64,000 nt of DNA from Octopus sinensis (lineage: Eukaryota): NCBI RefSeq assembly GCF_006345805.1, contig NC_043024.1, positions 5,084,001 through 5,148,000 on the forward strand. Reading direction: 5' to 3'. The notes beneath the pieces are model-generated. The model was not told where the DNA came from. It saw nothing but the letters and a program-made list of their open reading frames with translations, and did no database searches. A program made the position numbers and the translations under genes. Shown here in pieces: positions 1-13,240 of the stretch. Within the stretch, counting starts at the first letter, position 1, and every line of letters starts with the position of its first letter.

Positions 1-101
1 CGTACTTAACTTATCGACCCCGAAAGGATGAAGGGCAAAATCGACCTTGGCGGAATTTGAACTGAGAACGTAAAGACAGACAAAATACTGCTAAGCATTT
101 C
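1..101 (-). mobile_element. tRNA-derived SINE (family b) fragment
   Basis: Reverse complement matches the SINE head at 34208-34308 and 13058-13160, including the B-box-like GAGTTCAAATTCC. Confidence 0.75.
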
Positions 102-240
102 ATATATATATATATAAGTATATATATATATATAAACACAGTAGAAGTAAAGACCTGAACCCTTCAAAGGGATGTTTAGCATCGAAGTTCCTGAGGAAAA
201 GCCTAATTTGTAATTTGAAAAGGATTATATTTCCCTCAAA

Positions 241-587
241 GTTATGAGGGAAAAACTCGGATCTTGTGAATCGTCCCAAGTCCTCTCCCCACCCCCTCGG
301 AAAAGGTTTTCCCCACAAATTTCTATATAATCGTAATCTATACAATTGAAATGTATTTATATAAAATTTCATTTTTAAAAACCCATTTGAAAGCTATGAG
401 GGAAAACCATCGGATCTTGTGAATCATCCGAAATCCTCTCCCCACCCCCTCGGAAAAGATTTTCCCCATAAATTTCTTTATAATCGTAATCTATACCGTG
501 TGAAAGGTATTTATATAAAATTTCATTCTTAAAAACCCATCTTAAAGTTATGTGGGAAATATATCGGATCTTGTGAATTTTCCGAAC
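241..587. repeat. ~153-bp tandem repeat, 2.3 copies
   Basis: Units start at 241, 393 and 547 and share ggatcttgtgaat...cctctccccaccccctcggaaaag. Confidence 0.9.
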
Positions 588-610
588 CGCGTTTTAGGGG
601 TCACTTTCCC

Positions 611-675
611 GCACATGTGCATGAGGAAGACTTCCGGTAGCCAACCGGAAGTAATCCCATTCTGCGCATGTGCGC
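611..675. promoter_or_regulatory. Promoter-like cluster: inverted ETS-type sites plus NRF1-like site
   Basis: ACTTCCGGT (630-638) and ACCGGAAGT (644-652) form a perfect inverted pair; GCGCATGTGCGC at 664-675. Function is inferred from motif resemblance only. Confidence 0.4.
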
Positions 676-1122
676 TGAAGCTTACACAGCAGCATCAAAA
701 CAAACACGTTGAATTCAGCTGGAAAATTATAAGATTCCTGAAATACTGAAATTTTCACTACACTCGAACATTTCCACACATAGCAGCAAAACGGAAAAGA
801 TCGGAAAAGGGTTGATGATAATAACAATAACAGTGACGAAGCCGAATATTGAAGAAATCTCTTTCACAAAATACCAAATCTATTAAAGTAGAGCCGCAAT
901 TCTTTAAAGACTGGAGTTAGTTCCCTTTGTTCATTGTCAAAACTCTTCCGCACCTTTTTCATCTGCGTTTTGAGAATTTTGCTGCCTCTTTGTTGAGAGA
1001 GTTCGATTTTTTGTTCATCGTTGTTTGTGTTAATCGTTTATTGAACAGTGCCCGTTGTGTAACGGTAATTCTGTTTAAAATTGTCATTACCTTCGAGATA
1101 ATTTTTGAAACATTTTTGAGAA

Positions 1123-3177
1123 ATGGATTTCGACTTGGCGTCGAAGATTGACTTTCCCGCAATGGGAAAAGGTGAATTAAAGGACACTGAAGTAAAAAAA
1201 CAGTCTTTTTCGGCCGCGGTAGGCGGAACCATGATGGACGTTGAATTCAAGATCGAACAACTATTCGAATTTCGGAACTTTATAAAAATGGAAGGAAACG
1301 AAATCAAACTTGTACCGCCGCAAGCGAAGGTACAGGAAATAAAGGAAAAGACAGTTATATACAAAGTGTATAGCTACAAAGAAAAAAAAATCATGGACGT
1401 CAGAAACGAGATAGTAGAAAAGTGCTTGTCCCCAGTGTGGGACAAAATTCGCCATGTTGTTCGAGGTGCTCGCAGCGCTACTGTTGAAGCACATTTTGAC
1501 TCGGCTGAGGTAGCAAGAGAGGTGTCATCAATGACCCTGAAAAATGATGATATCATGTTGCTACCCTCGTATATGGGAAAAAGAACAGCTAAACTGCTGG
1601 TAGAGGACATACCGAGAGGGTATGATATAATGTGGGTAGCAGCGGCGGTCCTGCACAATGTAGAGCGGGAAATTTCGATTCTGCAGATGAGAAGGAAAGA
1701 GGAGGTACGCTGGAAGGGACAGACGCTGGAACTCCTCGTTCAGGCAGAAAACAAGATATTGGAGAACCTGCCCGATAGGATATTTAACGAGGATGGAACG
1801 TCCATGAGAGTGTCAGTGGAGGGACGCAGACCTAGGCGCTTTAAATGTGGCGAAAAGGGTCACGTCCGCTCGAACTGTTTAAAAAAAAAGAAAACCAACG
1901 AAGCCCCTCCTCAAAGTGCTTCAAACACTGAAGGGGAGAAGGCGGAAAAAGAACCCTAGACGACGACAAGCAAAGAAACCGAAACGGAGGATTGTATTGA
2001 ACAAATGGATTACACACAGGTGACACACAAAAGAAAAAAAGATAACACCCTGGACTCCCCTCCCCAAACAAGGAAAAAATCAGCAAGCACCGCAGACATA
2101 CATACAAAGCAAATTCGGTTAATATAGGGCGTTACGTCTATCAGAAAATCAAAAAAAAAATGTGTGTAATAGGTGTAAAACAACTTCCTATGAACGAATA
2201 TGAAAAAAAAAATTCGCGCATGCGAAAGGGGGGTGGGGGAGAGGCCTCGGAAAATTCACATCGGGAAGTTCCGAAAGCGTCTGAGGGGCTGACCCGGGCA
2301 CCAAAACAAAAAAAAAATAGTGTAATATGTGTAAAACAACTTGCTCTAAACGAATATGAAAAAAAAATGCGCTCCCGCGAAAGAGGGGTGGGGGAGAAGC
2401 CTCGGAAAATTTATATCGGGAAGTTCCGAAAGCGTCTGAACCGGGCACAAAAACAAAAATAGCGTAATAGGTGTAAAACAACTTGCTCTAAACGACTATC
2501 ATGAAAAAAATGCGCGCTCGCGAAAGGGGGGTGGGGGAGAGGCTTCGGAAATTTCACATCTTCAGTCCACGGCCTTTAAACTAAGAAAAAATAGTGTAAT
2601 TGGTGTAAAACTACTTGTTCTAAACGAGTATCAAGAACACACACTCACACATGAATCATAAACTCCGTATTTTTGTACATATTTCGCAAAAAAAAAAAAA
2701 TAAATAAAGAGAATAAAAGGGCTGGGGAATTTGCTCCCCAGCCCTACCCCCACGGCACTATTCATTGGAAAACAGTTCGCCAAGCCCCTCCCCATAAAAC
2801 AAGATTTGAAAAAGTTTTTTTAAAAAAATGTTAAGATCATAGCATTTGATGAAAAAAACGAGAGGGTATATAAACACTTTAAATTTTCCAAATTTAAACT
2901 ATTCAGCAAGGCTACAGACATAAAAGCAACCACTCGCTTCGCAAAAATAAAGGAAGACGAGTGGAAGGAGGAAATACTACAAGAACATCTGAAGAATAGA
3001 CTTATAAGAGATGTAACGAAGGAAGTACTGGAGGGTAAACTTGTTATAACCCCGGCAACCACACCTACCCAGAGCCCGGTGGCAACGCCGGTTAAGAGCC
3101 CTGCAGCTTCGACCACAAGAGAGGAAGAAGGGGAAGCGGGCAGATTTAAACTGTCATGCTCCCTTTCTCAACCGTAA
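1123..3177 (+). pseudogene. Tx1 ORF1 (gag-like), frameshifted and interrupted
   Basis: Knuckle RFKCGEKGHVRSNC (first Cys lost); similar to the ORF at 62313; the frame resumes after the insertion (KIIAFDEKNERVYKHF...) and stops at 3177. Confidence 0.75.
2130..2760. mobile_element. Insertion of 3-4 tandem 130-155 bp units ending in a GC hairpin (Helitron/Helentron-like non-autonomous element?)
   Basis: Units near 2161, 2317, 2457 and 2589; perfect 11-bp stem agggctgggga/tccccagccct at 2718-2745 close to the right end; interrupts ORF1. Confidence 0.5.
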
Positions 3178-3204
3178 GTTCATTTATTTTTTCTCTCACC
3201 GACA

Positions 3205-6166
3205 ATGGCTAAGCTGGGTTGTGTGAATGTACGTGGAATGGGGTCGAAATGGAAACAAATTTGTTTCCTGAACGACCTCACGACACATGGAGTGGACATA
3301 GCTATTGCAACCGAGTTCAAGATGAACGGGGCCCAAGCGTTCTCGCCTCTTCTAAATGGTTTCGAGAAATTTATTTCTCCTAGCCGAGGAAGAGGCAGAG
3401 GCGTGGCAGTCCTTATCAGGAAGAGCTTGGACTTGCAGGTAAGTACTGTCTTTCTGGACCCAGAAGGCAGGCTGGTTGTTCTGGATGTGACCCACGTAAG
3501 TAAACAGTCCTTCAGGTTGGTAGCTGTCTACGCTCCGAATGAGTTTTGGCAGGCGGGTCTTTTTCGGAACCTGGAGGGCTTTTTCGCAACGTCGAAAACG
3601 GTAGTCTTAGTAGGGGACTTTAACACTGTCCTTGAAGCGCGGGTCGACAGTGTTGGCTCAACCAATAGGAAGGGGGACCCTAGCCTCAAGGGTCTACTAG
3701 AGAGCTTTGATCTAGTGGACCGTTACCGACTGGATGAGCCGAGCGTTCCACAGTGGACGTGAAGTAACAACGACGGCTCACACAGATTGTATTTAGATAG
3801 GATATTCGTTAAGAAAAGAGATAAGGATACGTTTAGTTGTCCACAGTTTCACATTGTGCCTTACACAGGTCACAAATTTGTGACGTGTAGGATGCAATTA
3901 GATAAGTGTCATAGACAGGGACCCGGGTACTGGAAGCTGAACAAGGCTATTTTGAATTGTGAAGACTTCCGTACCCGGATTAAGGTGTTAGTACAGGGGT
4001 GGTGTGGCGCCGGAGCGGGGGAGGGCCTTAAAAGACTTCCTAGCCGGCGGACCGCAGCTCTCGAGGCGTGAGGTGGAGTGCTGTGAAGAAGCGATCACTC
4101 CCGCGGAGATAGAGGAGATACTGGCCGGAGGCGCCGGGGTTGGATGGTCTGCCCTACGAGTTTTACCAAAGTATGCCAGACTTGTTCGGGGAAATATTGG
4201 CAGGCGTCTACACGAACTGGCAGCAGAATGGGAGAATTCCCAGTTCTGTAAGCCGGGGAGTGGTGACGCTAATCCAGAAAGACCCGAGCAAGGGGGATAA
4301 CATTAGTAACTACAGGCCCATAACTCTACTTAATGTAGAGTTAAAGATTTTGGCCAAGGTGTTGGCAAAAGGTTGACGGTTGTCGTGGAGAAACTTGTAG
4401 GGAGAGAGCACAGACATGTGCAATTCCAGGCAGGTCGATCCAGGACAATCTTCACCTTATACGCTACACCTTAGATAGGGTGGGTAAATTAACCGGCAAG
4501 GGCGGGGTAATGGTCCATTTAGACCAAAGTAAAGCGTTCGATAGGGTAGACCATGAGTACCTGGCGACGGTCCTCGAAGCGGCTGGACTGGGCCCTGAAT
4601 TTCGCGGGTGGATCTCCGCTATGTATAGCGGCCATCAAGTCCACCGTCCAGATAAACGGTTACCTAACGGAACCGTTTTCGATCGAATGTTCAGTTCGTC
4701 AAGGGTGCCCCTTGTCACCACTTTTGTACGTGTTGGCTCTTGAGCCATTGCTGCGAAAGTTGGAGAGGCTGGGAAGTAACTCGGATGAGATCGGAGTGTG
4801 GAGGACGGTTACTGCTTATGCGGATGACGTCACCCTCATCGTGTCCAATGAGGCCCAGCTACCTTGTGTGGAAGAGGCTATCAGAGGATACGAGGCGGTG
4901 GCAGGAGCAAGGGTTAACAAGGACAAGTCGGTTGGCTTGCGCCTCGGCACCTGGAGGAGCAAGTCGATATCGTCCAGTGTCGTAGGACACTGGACGGATG
5001 GCCCTGTTAAGTTGCTAGGAGTTTGGTTTGGGCCAGACTCCCAAACGGAGAGGAATTGGAGTGAGGTGACGGGCAAGGTGGAGGCCATAGTACGGACCTG
5101 GTCCGGAAGGTTTCTGTCCTTGAAAGGAAGGGCGGAGGTGGTACAGATGTTCATTGCATCTGTAATCACTTACCGCCTGACCGTTGTCCCTTGCCCCGAT
5201 TCATGGCTTAGCAAGTTGGAGCAAATCCTTTTCCGCTTTTTGTGGAAGGGAGGAAAGCCACTTGTGAGGCGCTCCGTTTGCTGCCAGGAACCGTTAAAGG
5301 GTGGGTTAGGAATGCCTTGGTTGATGATGCGCAGACATGCGTTGAGGCTGAAGCATCCCTGGCACCACCTGGAGGGTGATAAGGTGTGGAGTCCGCTGGC
5401 AGGGGAATTTTTCCCGAGACCGGCCTCCTTAGTGAATTTTAAACCCGGTTGCATCAAAAGATGGAAACTGACTTTATGGCAAAAGGAGTGCAGACAGGCA
5501 CTCACGCTGATCCACAAGGCGGGCAAGGCCGGCTGCGGAAATACCACCTCGGTATTTTATAGAAGGCTGGTAGAGGCAAAGAACGACGACGTCCTAGGAG
5601 GGGCTCTGGGGTTTGACGAAAACCAGCTTACCAACCTGTTTAAAAAGACTTTCAGGACGGGGTATTTGGATAATTTCCAAAGATCCCTGGCCTGGCAGTG
5701 TTATAGGAACGCTTTACCTGTTCGCGAGAAGTTATCGCGGCACGGAATTTCAGTGCCACCGACGTGTCCAAGATGCGGGTTGGACGATGAAACCATCCAG
5801 CACGCTTTTGTACACTGTCGGAAGTTGTCAGACTTGATAAGTTACGCAGAACACGTGTTATCGCATGTGGGACGAGTACAGCTGTCGGCTGAGTCTATGA
5901 TTAAGATGATACCGCCAACTGGACTCTCGAAGGAAGGTGAGGCATGTTTTCACTGCACGGTTGCAGTAGTAAAAGAATGCATGTGGCGTACAAGAATGGA
6001 AGGAGTCGCGATAGGATCCTTTGTCTCGGGCCCCGGCTTGCTCACTTACTTCAGATATCATCTGAAGAGCAAAATGGGGCTGGAAAAGAGGATCTTACCA
6101 CGGGGTGTGTATGAGAAAAGATGGAAGGAAGTCGTAAAAAAGGTGGGTGTCAGAAACCCAGCTTAA
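3205..6166 (+). pseudogene. Tx1 ORF2: AP endonuclease + reverse transcriptase, broken
   Basis: CVNVRG, GDFN, YLDRIF, NYRPITLLN, DQSKAFDRV, QGCPLSP, YADD, CPRCG..HAFVHC; frameshifts and two internal deletions near 4000 and 4130. Confidence 0.95.
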
Positions 6167-6522
6167 CTATGGATGGAGGAGAGGAAAGAAAAGCTGTGGG
6201 GCCTTATAGGTTGCCGGGGTTTAAAACATCGGTAACGATCGCAAGTTTATGTAATGTTATAATATTCTATTGGTCATGTAAAGGACAATTTATAGACAAA
6301 TTTTTATAATGAATAATCCAAATGTTATGGAAAATTTTTAATCGAACCTCTTAACTGTCTTTTGCATGTATGTCCTGTATTTGTACTATGTATGATTGTA
6401 TAATCATAATAAAGAAATAATTGTAAAAACTCTTCCTCATTAAGTGTATTTCTTGTTCTTGTTTCACACGCACCTTGATTGTTTGATCAGTTCCACTTGA
6501 CAACTGATATTTAAGAGAAAAT

Positions 6523-6548
6523 CCAATCAAATATATACAAATGATTGG
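6523..6548. promoter_or_regulatory. Inverted CCAAT-box pair at the head of the ZNF module
   Basis: CCAATCA at 6523-6529 and TGATTGG at 6542-6548; the same pair recurs near 37300, 43010, 50670 and 63950. Confidence 0.45.
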
Positions 6549-6720
6549 TAATTAACTGTCTAAAGAAACAGATACCGCATTTATGATTATGTGGACCTGA
6601 AAAATATTAATTAACGTTTGTTGTAGAAACCTAGAAATTCTCTTGAAGCTGTCGTTGTCCACTCTGACTTCAGTTCTCACATCTTCCTCCTTCACTCTTT
6701 CTCTCCATATCTATTACTAT

Positions 6721-6726
6721 GTAAGT
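6721..6726 (+). other. Putative 5' splice donor (non-coding exon 1 of the ZNF module)
   Basis: actat|GTAAGT is conserved at 6721, 11541, 37496, 43187 and 50833. Confidence 0.5.
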
Positions 6727-7399
6727 ATTTATTTAAACATTTCTATTATATATGTGTCATATTATGTACATTATACATAATTATACGAAAGGCTGTAATT
6801 TTAATACTTTCGTTGTGATATCGTTTTCTTTTAGACATTTCATTGCAGTTTTGGTTACTTTCTAAATTATTTGTAAAAACGTTGGATTAATCCCTTGTTT
6901 AGATAACAATGTAATAGATGTAATTCGTAAGAAATGGGGAATGTATAAAAATACGAGTGTACACTTGAAATACTGAAACGAAAAGCAAATATCGTATCGA
7001 GAGGAAATAGAACGGCTTTTATTTGAGACGTAGGAAGTCTTTATTTCTGGTGGTTCTTCTACATCATTAAAAGTTAGAATTAATATATTTTTCTAATTTA
7101 TTTAATTTTGTGTGTGTAGAGTGCTGCTTTAAGCACCTAATATAATCCCTCGTCACATATTTTTATTTGGGGGAATTTTCAGAAATTTTTGCCTTCTTCA
7201 GGACGCGCCAAACTCTTTGGAGGAATCTGGCTTTCATTCTCCACATCAACCAATAATTTTTCCTACATTAAAATTTCCACACTAAGGATTTTGATGCTGT
7301 AAGTGAGACATCAATATTATTTACTGACATTTATTCATCTTTTATTCTCAACAAAATATTAACGTTGAGCTAACCGTATATATATGTATATATATATAT

Positions 7400-7650
7400 A
7401 TGTATGTATTTGTGAATATGCCTCCGATGCAGGTTGCATGTAAAAAGTACCATTCGAGCATGATTGATGCTAGTGCTGCCTGACTTGCACCCATGCATGT
7501 GGCACATACAAAGCACCATTCAAGCATGGTCGATGCCAATGCTACATGACTGGCTCCGTGGCACATAAAAGGCAACTGCTACTCGTTCAAACAGCATCCA
7601 GCTGTAGAACCCATGCCAGCGTGGAAAGCAGATGTTAAACGATGATGATA
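7400..7650 (+). mobile_element. RTE LINE 3'UTR fragment
   Basis: Similar to 18275-18681 and ends in a GAT-repeat tail; paralogous copy at about 38510-38810. Confidence 0.7.
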
Positions 7651-8350
7651 AAGGTAGAGAAAGAGCGATGTCTGTTTTAGCAAACAAAGATACAAGACTG
7701 CAATGAAAACATCAGAAATCTAGAGTCATTTATTTGTATATTGGTGTGTGTGGAAGTGTGTCTATGACAGACTTTATATTCCAGGAGTTGGTATTATAAT
7801 AGATGTGTTTACTCTATGATATAAACATTTTGGTAATGCAGAAATTGGATAAATTTAATAGTTCAGATAAAGAATTACTTCTACAATTTGTGAAAACAGA
7901 AATGTCATAAATTTGCACTTTTGAATATCTGCCTTTTAAACATACTTGATGTCTTGTATGAAATTGGCTAAAAAGTATTTTTTACTTTTAAAGAATCATC
8001 AATATGAATCATGTTTGAAAGACTCTGCAAAGATATTCTACAAACATATAATCCTGCTTCTATAGAACGTTGCTGAATTACAGTAAAATATTTCCTCAGA
8101 GAGAAAGCATTTCTTTACTTCTGTGTCTGAAATGTGCAAGAGATAATTTTCTGTTTTAAATATACTTTGATGGATTTACAAAGAGTATTTGCGACATTTT
8201 TTAAATATTGGCATTGATCACGTTTAGAAGAAATATAAGAGAAGTGATATTTGTTTGGAATAAACTATAAAAGCAAAAAGAAGCAAAATATCCATATATT
8301 TTGGTGAGTGAAGAACTATTTTTGAAAAGTTGTTGATCTGTACAACTTGA

Positions 8351-8986
<636 letters not shown>

Positions 8987-9903
8987 AAAACATACCCCTG
9001 TGGTAAGACATTCTCTGGAAACAGTCACTTAACTATCCACAAATGCATTCATACTCAAGAAAAATCAATTCACAGTGATATCTATGGCAAATCATTTACA
9101 CAAAATCATTTCTGATTTAAACAAGTCTTTCCTTATGAAGTGGGTCCATAACACAGTGATATTTGTTGTATAACATTTCCTCAGAAGGACAAAAGACATA
9201 TCTCATAAAGACATCCACAGAATATAGAAACTATATGAATGTGACATCTATGGTAAATCTTTGACATGAAATCATCCATTATTGAATCAAAAGAGCATTG
9301 ACAGAGGAAGGAAAACATATCACTGTGATGTTAAACCTGAATCATTCTTTCAAAATGGTGAATTGTTTGTACACAGTCCTGTTAATATGAAGAATATGCC
9401 ATACCCTAAGATATCTGATAATGATCAATTATAACATAAATGAATTCAAACAGAAGGGGAACCATATCACTACGATGATGATGATCCTCATCATTTAACA
9501 TTCACTTTTACATTCTTCTATGGATCAGATTGAATTCATCGATACCTTCCCTGTTTCCAAGCAAGGAAATATTTTCCCTGGTGAGACATATTTTACACAG
9601 AAGACTGCAAATGAACAACTACACAAGTATGACGGTCATGATGGCCATTTATGAACACCACATAATATCTGGACAAGGGTGCACACACACACACACACAC
9701 TTATGTACGTCTGAAGATTTTCTTATAGGAAATATCTTATATGTTTTCTACACATCTAATAGTTTGTAATTCCTATTAGGCAATGAAACACATGTAATGC
9801 TGAATAAATAATATCAAACTTTTCTCCTCTGTCCTTATGTGTTATGTAATTACTCTGCAAAAAATATTATCCAAACCACCCACAAAAATAATATATATGT
9901 ATA

Positions 9904-10335
9904 CCGTAAATCCTTGAGTAATATCCGCATTTTTTTCCCAAAATTTATTGGTCAAAATCCCTAGTGCGTACTATATACGAGGTTAAAAATGAAAAGTATT
10001 TTCTAAGCAATGTCCGAGTCTCTATTTTGCTCTCAGACAATGTTTATTAAGCTAAGCCTGAAAGCAATGAAGTCATAAAAGAATCATCCATAACTTTCAA
10101 TAAGCAACATTTATTAAAATAAAAGTATTCAGAATAGCATGTAACAAAAACAATTTGCAAACATATTTACATTCCCATATAACAGTTAAAAACATCACCA
10201 TTATTGTATTACGCATGCGTGGAAGTGTTTGTTTGACTAGGTGCTGCTGGCTTAATGACGCATGACTCAAGTTAGAGAAGGGGTATGTATTATACACAAG
10301 GTTTAGGTTTAGGTGTTATACTCGAGGATTTACGG
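9904..10335. mobile_element. Tc1/mariner-superfamily (Tc2/pogo-like) MITE
   Basis: Terminal inverted repeats CCGTAAATCCT(T/C)GAGTA, flanked by TA on both sides. Confidence 0.75.
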
Positions 10336-10439
10336 TATATATATATATATATATAGTAACCAGCTTGTTTGTGGTGAAAGTTGGTGTGCATCAGGGATCT
10401 GTGTTACCATTGTTGTTTGCAATAGTGGTTGATGTGGAG

Positions 10440-10800
10440 AAGGAGAGTGCAAGAAAGAGACTGTAAATGGAGATACTGTATGCATCAGACCATGTTCTGA
10501 TGAGAGAGAAGTTTTGGAAATGGAAGGAGGCATTTGAAAGCCAGGGTTTGAAGGTAAACCTAGGGGAGAGAAAGGTGATAGTGAGTGGGGTGGAAGAAGT
10601 GTTGGTGAGTAAGGTGGATCCATGTGGTGTCTGGGAGGAGGGTAATGGCAAATGCAGTGTTGTGTATGACATGTGATAACATTGGAGAAATCCACATTTT
10701 TCATTAAGAAAATTAGGACCTGGGTTTGCACTCCCTTAGCAAATTTTGTTGCTGGGCCACTATTCATATGTGTAGGTAAAATCTGTATAAGAAGAAAACG
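10440..10800 (+). mobile_element. Degenerate RTE RT fragment
   Basis: EILYASD...WKEAFESQGLKVNLG resembles ELLYADD...WKQELESKGLRVNV of the RTE at 13583. Confidence 0.7.
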
Positions 10801-10841
10801 AGATTTCACATGCACACATGAAGCTTGTAAGAACAAGTATT

Positions 10842-11238
10842 GGATCTTTTCAGTTTGAACGGCAGTTTTTTCTAGCGGTGTCATATGAAATTGTGACCCA
10901 TAATTATGACCCTAGTATCGATCTATTGCATTTTAATCTATTTTAGGGTTAGGGGTGGGGGAAAAGGTATCTTTTTTTCTTCAGAAGTGTAAATAAACCC
11001 AATCTGTTTCTTAAACTAGGGACATTCATACGGCACAACGTTTCTTTACCTCAATAGATGTCATTGATTAGTTGAAGTTGAAGAAGAAAAAAACAACAAA
11101 TATCTTACAAACTATAGAATTTTCATAGTAAAGCCAAGAGGATGTTTTATAAACACATTCTACCAGTATACGAAGTTTAAAAGTCTTTAGTTGCGTGGAA
11201 ATTATTTTTAAAAACTGCCGTTCAAACCGAAAAGATCC
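10842..11238. mobile_element. GGATC-terminal MITE with 8-bp TSD (Merlin-like by terminal features)
   Basis: TIR ggatcttttcagtttgaacggcagtttt / aaaactgccgttcaaaccgaaaagatcc; flanks caagtatt and caaatatt. Confidence 0.8.
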
Positions 11239-11339
11239 CAAATATTTAAGGCTTTTTTCACCAAGTTTAAAATACAACACACACACACACACACACAAGA
11301 AGAAGCACGCAGTTGACAAGACAACACGTGCTCACAGAA

Positions 11340-12240
11340 AGTTGGTTTTATTGTCTACTCGAAATGAATGATTACACATTTTTTATGTTGACCCGAAAAA
11401 TATGAATTAACGTTTGTTGTAAAGAGTAAGAAATCCTCTTGAAGCTATCATTGTCCACTCTGACTTTAGTTCTAACCACTTCAACATATTCTCACATCTT
11501 CGTTGACTCTCTCTCTCTCTCTTCGCATATGCATTACTATGTAAGTATTATATTTATATAAACATTTCTATTGTATATGTGTCATATATATTTCTTTACT
11601 ACCCACAAGGTGCTCAACATAGAGGGGAAAAACAAGACAGACAAACGGATTAAGTCGATTACACCGACCTCAGTGCGTAACTGGTACTTGATTTATCGAC
11701 CCAGAAAGGATGAAAGGCAAAAGTCGACCTCGGCGGAATTTGAACCCAGAACATACCGGCAGACGAAATACCGCTGAGCATTTCGCCCGGCGTGCTAACG
11801 GTTCTACCAGCTCAATATACATCTGTTTGTTTGGATGTGGTGAGTAAGTTAAAAGAAAGAATCTCCCCAAACAAACACAAAATTATATGAAAGTAAGGCT
11901 ATTATTTTAATACTTTCATTGTGTTGTCGCTTTCTTTTAGACATCTCACTGCATTTTTGGTTATTTTTCTATATTTGTTAACGTCAGATCTTTATCGTGT
12001 TTAGATAACATGTTCTCTGTGTTTCTGACATGTAAATTTGACAATAATTAAGTTAATTGCGAGAAAATTCCGATGTAACTTGTAACCAAAAAATGGGGAA
12101 CGTGTAAAAGTACGACTGTGCACTTGAAATACTGAAACGAAAAGGCATTATCGTCTACAGAAGAAATTAAACTGCTCTGTATTGAAACACTACAAAGTAC
12201 CCAATTTGACCAACAATAAAAATCCGTTTATATGATCTTT
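11340..12240 (+). repeat. Partial copy of the ZNF module head (exon 1 and intron start), no finger exon
   Basis: Aligns with about 6570-7050 and 50720-51100, including the GTAAGT donor. Confidence 0.75.
11590..11813 (-). mobile_element. SINE family b, near full length
   Basis: tRNA-like head (gagctggtagaaccgttagc...gggttcaaattcc); 3' end ccttgtgggtagtaaagaaat. Confidence 0.85.
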
Positions 12241-12676
12241 TAATTAAAAACTTGTCGTCAATACATTAAAAAGTGGCGGGGATCTTTTCTATTCTGAAGC
12301 CAGTTTTTTCAAATTTTTCCTACTGAACCAAACAATTTGAAACTTCGTATTCTGGTAGAATGTGTCAAAAGTAAACTTAATTGTAAACCAGAATGAAAAC
12401 GGAATTGTAACTTCTAAGTTTAACGTTGTTTAATAATTAGAATTTTAACCAATGATATTCCGTCATTCGGCTTTATTTTATTTACTCCGTCTCGACCACC
12501 AATTTCGTGACGTATTAAACATCTTAAATGTAAACAAGTCAGCCACCTTCTAATAACAATATTTAAAACTAGTTAATAAGCCACATGTATTAAATTGAAA
12601 ATGTTTCCATTCTGTATGTCTGCATGTATGTGTGTGTGTATGTATGTGTAAGTATGTGTGTGTGTGTATGTATGTA

Positions 12677-12710
12677 TGGCCGATTCATCGTAATTACGAT
12701 GAATCGGCCA
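12677..12710. repeat. Perfect 34-bp palindrome
   Basis: tggccgattcatcgtaa|ttacgatgaatcggcca. Confidence 0.95.
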
Positions 12711-13057
12711 AAAAATTTCAGTTATCTCTCTCTTTCACACATTACTCTCTCTGTCTCTTCACACACACTAACAGAAGCACTTCACTTACACAACATACTG
12801 TCTCCCACACCCCATCAAACACACACACAACATACTGTCTCCCACACCCCATCAAACACACACACACACATGTACATCAATGCTTCCCCTAGACGGTAAC
12901 TTCAAAGACAAACTTCCCTCGTCATAAAATCGCTTCCTCTTAGTCTCTTTCGCTCTCATTACTTATATAAAAAAATAAAAGTTTTTTACGGAAATCGACG
13001 GAAAACTTGTGCTACGACAAGCGAAACTTCGCCGAAATGTAATATTAAAAAAGCAAA

Positions 13058-13159
13058 GAGCTGGCAGAAACGTTAGCACGCCGGGCGAAATGCGTAGCCG
13101 TATTTCGTCTGCCGTTACGTTCTGAGTTCAAATTCCGCCGAGGTCGATTTTGCCTATCA

Positions 13160-13160
<1 letters not shown>
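13058..13160 (+). mobile_element. SINE family b, 5' half
   Basis: gagctggcagaaacgttagcacgccgggcg...gagttcaaattccgccgaggtcg. Confidence 0.8.
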
Positions 13161-13199
<39 letters not shown>

Positions 13200-13240
13200 C
13201 ACACACACACACACACACCACACACACACACACACACATA

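Larger units (their letters stand above)
950..6419 (+). mobile_element. Tx1/L1-clade LINE, full-length but decayed (element 1)
   Basis: 5'UTR, ORF1, ORF2 (APE, RT, C-terminal Zn knuckle), 3' end AATAAAGAAAT; 17-bp TSD attgt(c/a)aaaactcttcc at 933-949 and 6420-6436. Confidence 0.92.

Noticed and set aside
912-949. Tx1 target as a U2 snRNA, tRNA or 5S gene, as in known site-specific Tx1 families
   Set aside because: No resemblance to those RNAs as I recall them and no Pol III boxes nearby; an Rfam search would be needed to exclude this fully
10940-10965. TTAGGG-like hexamers
   Set aside because: Internal part of the MITE; too short for a telomeric array
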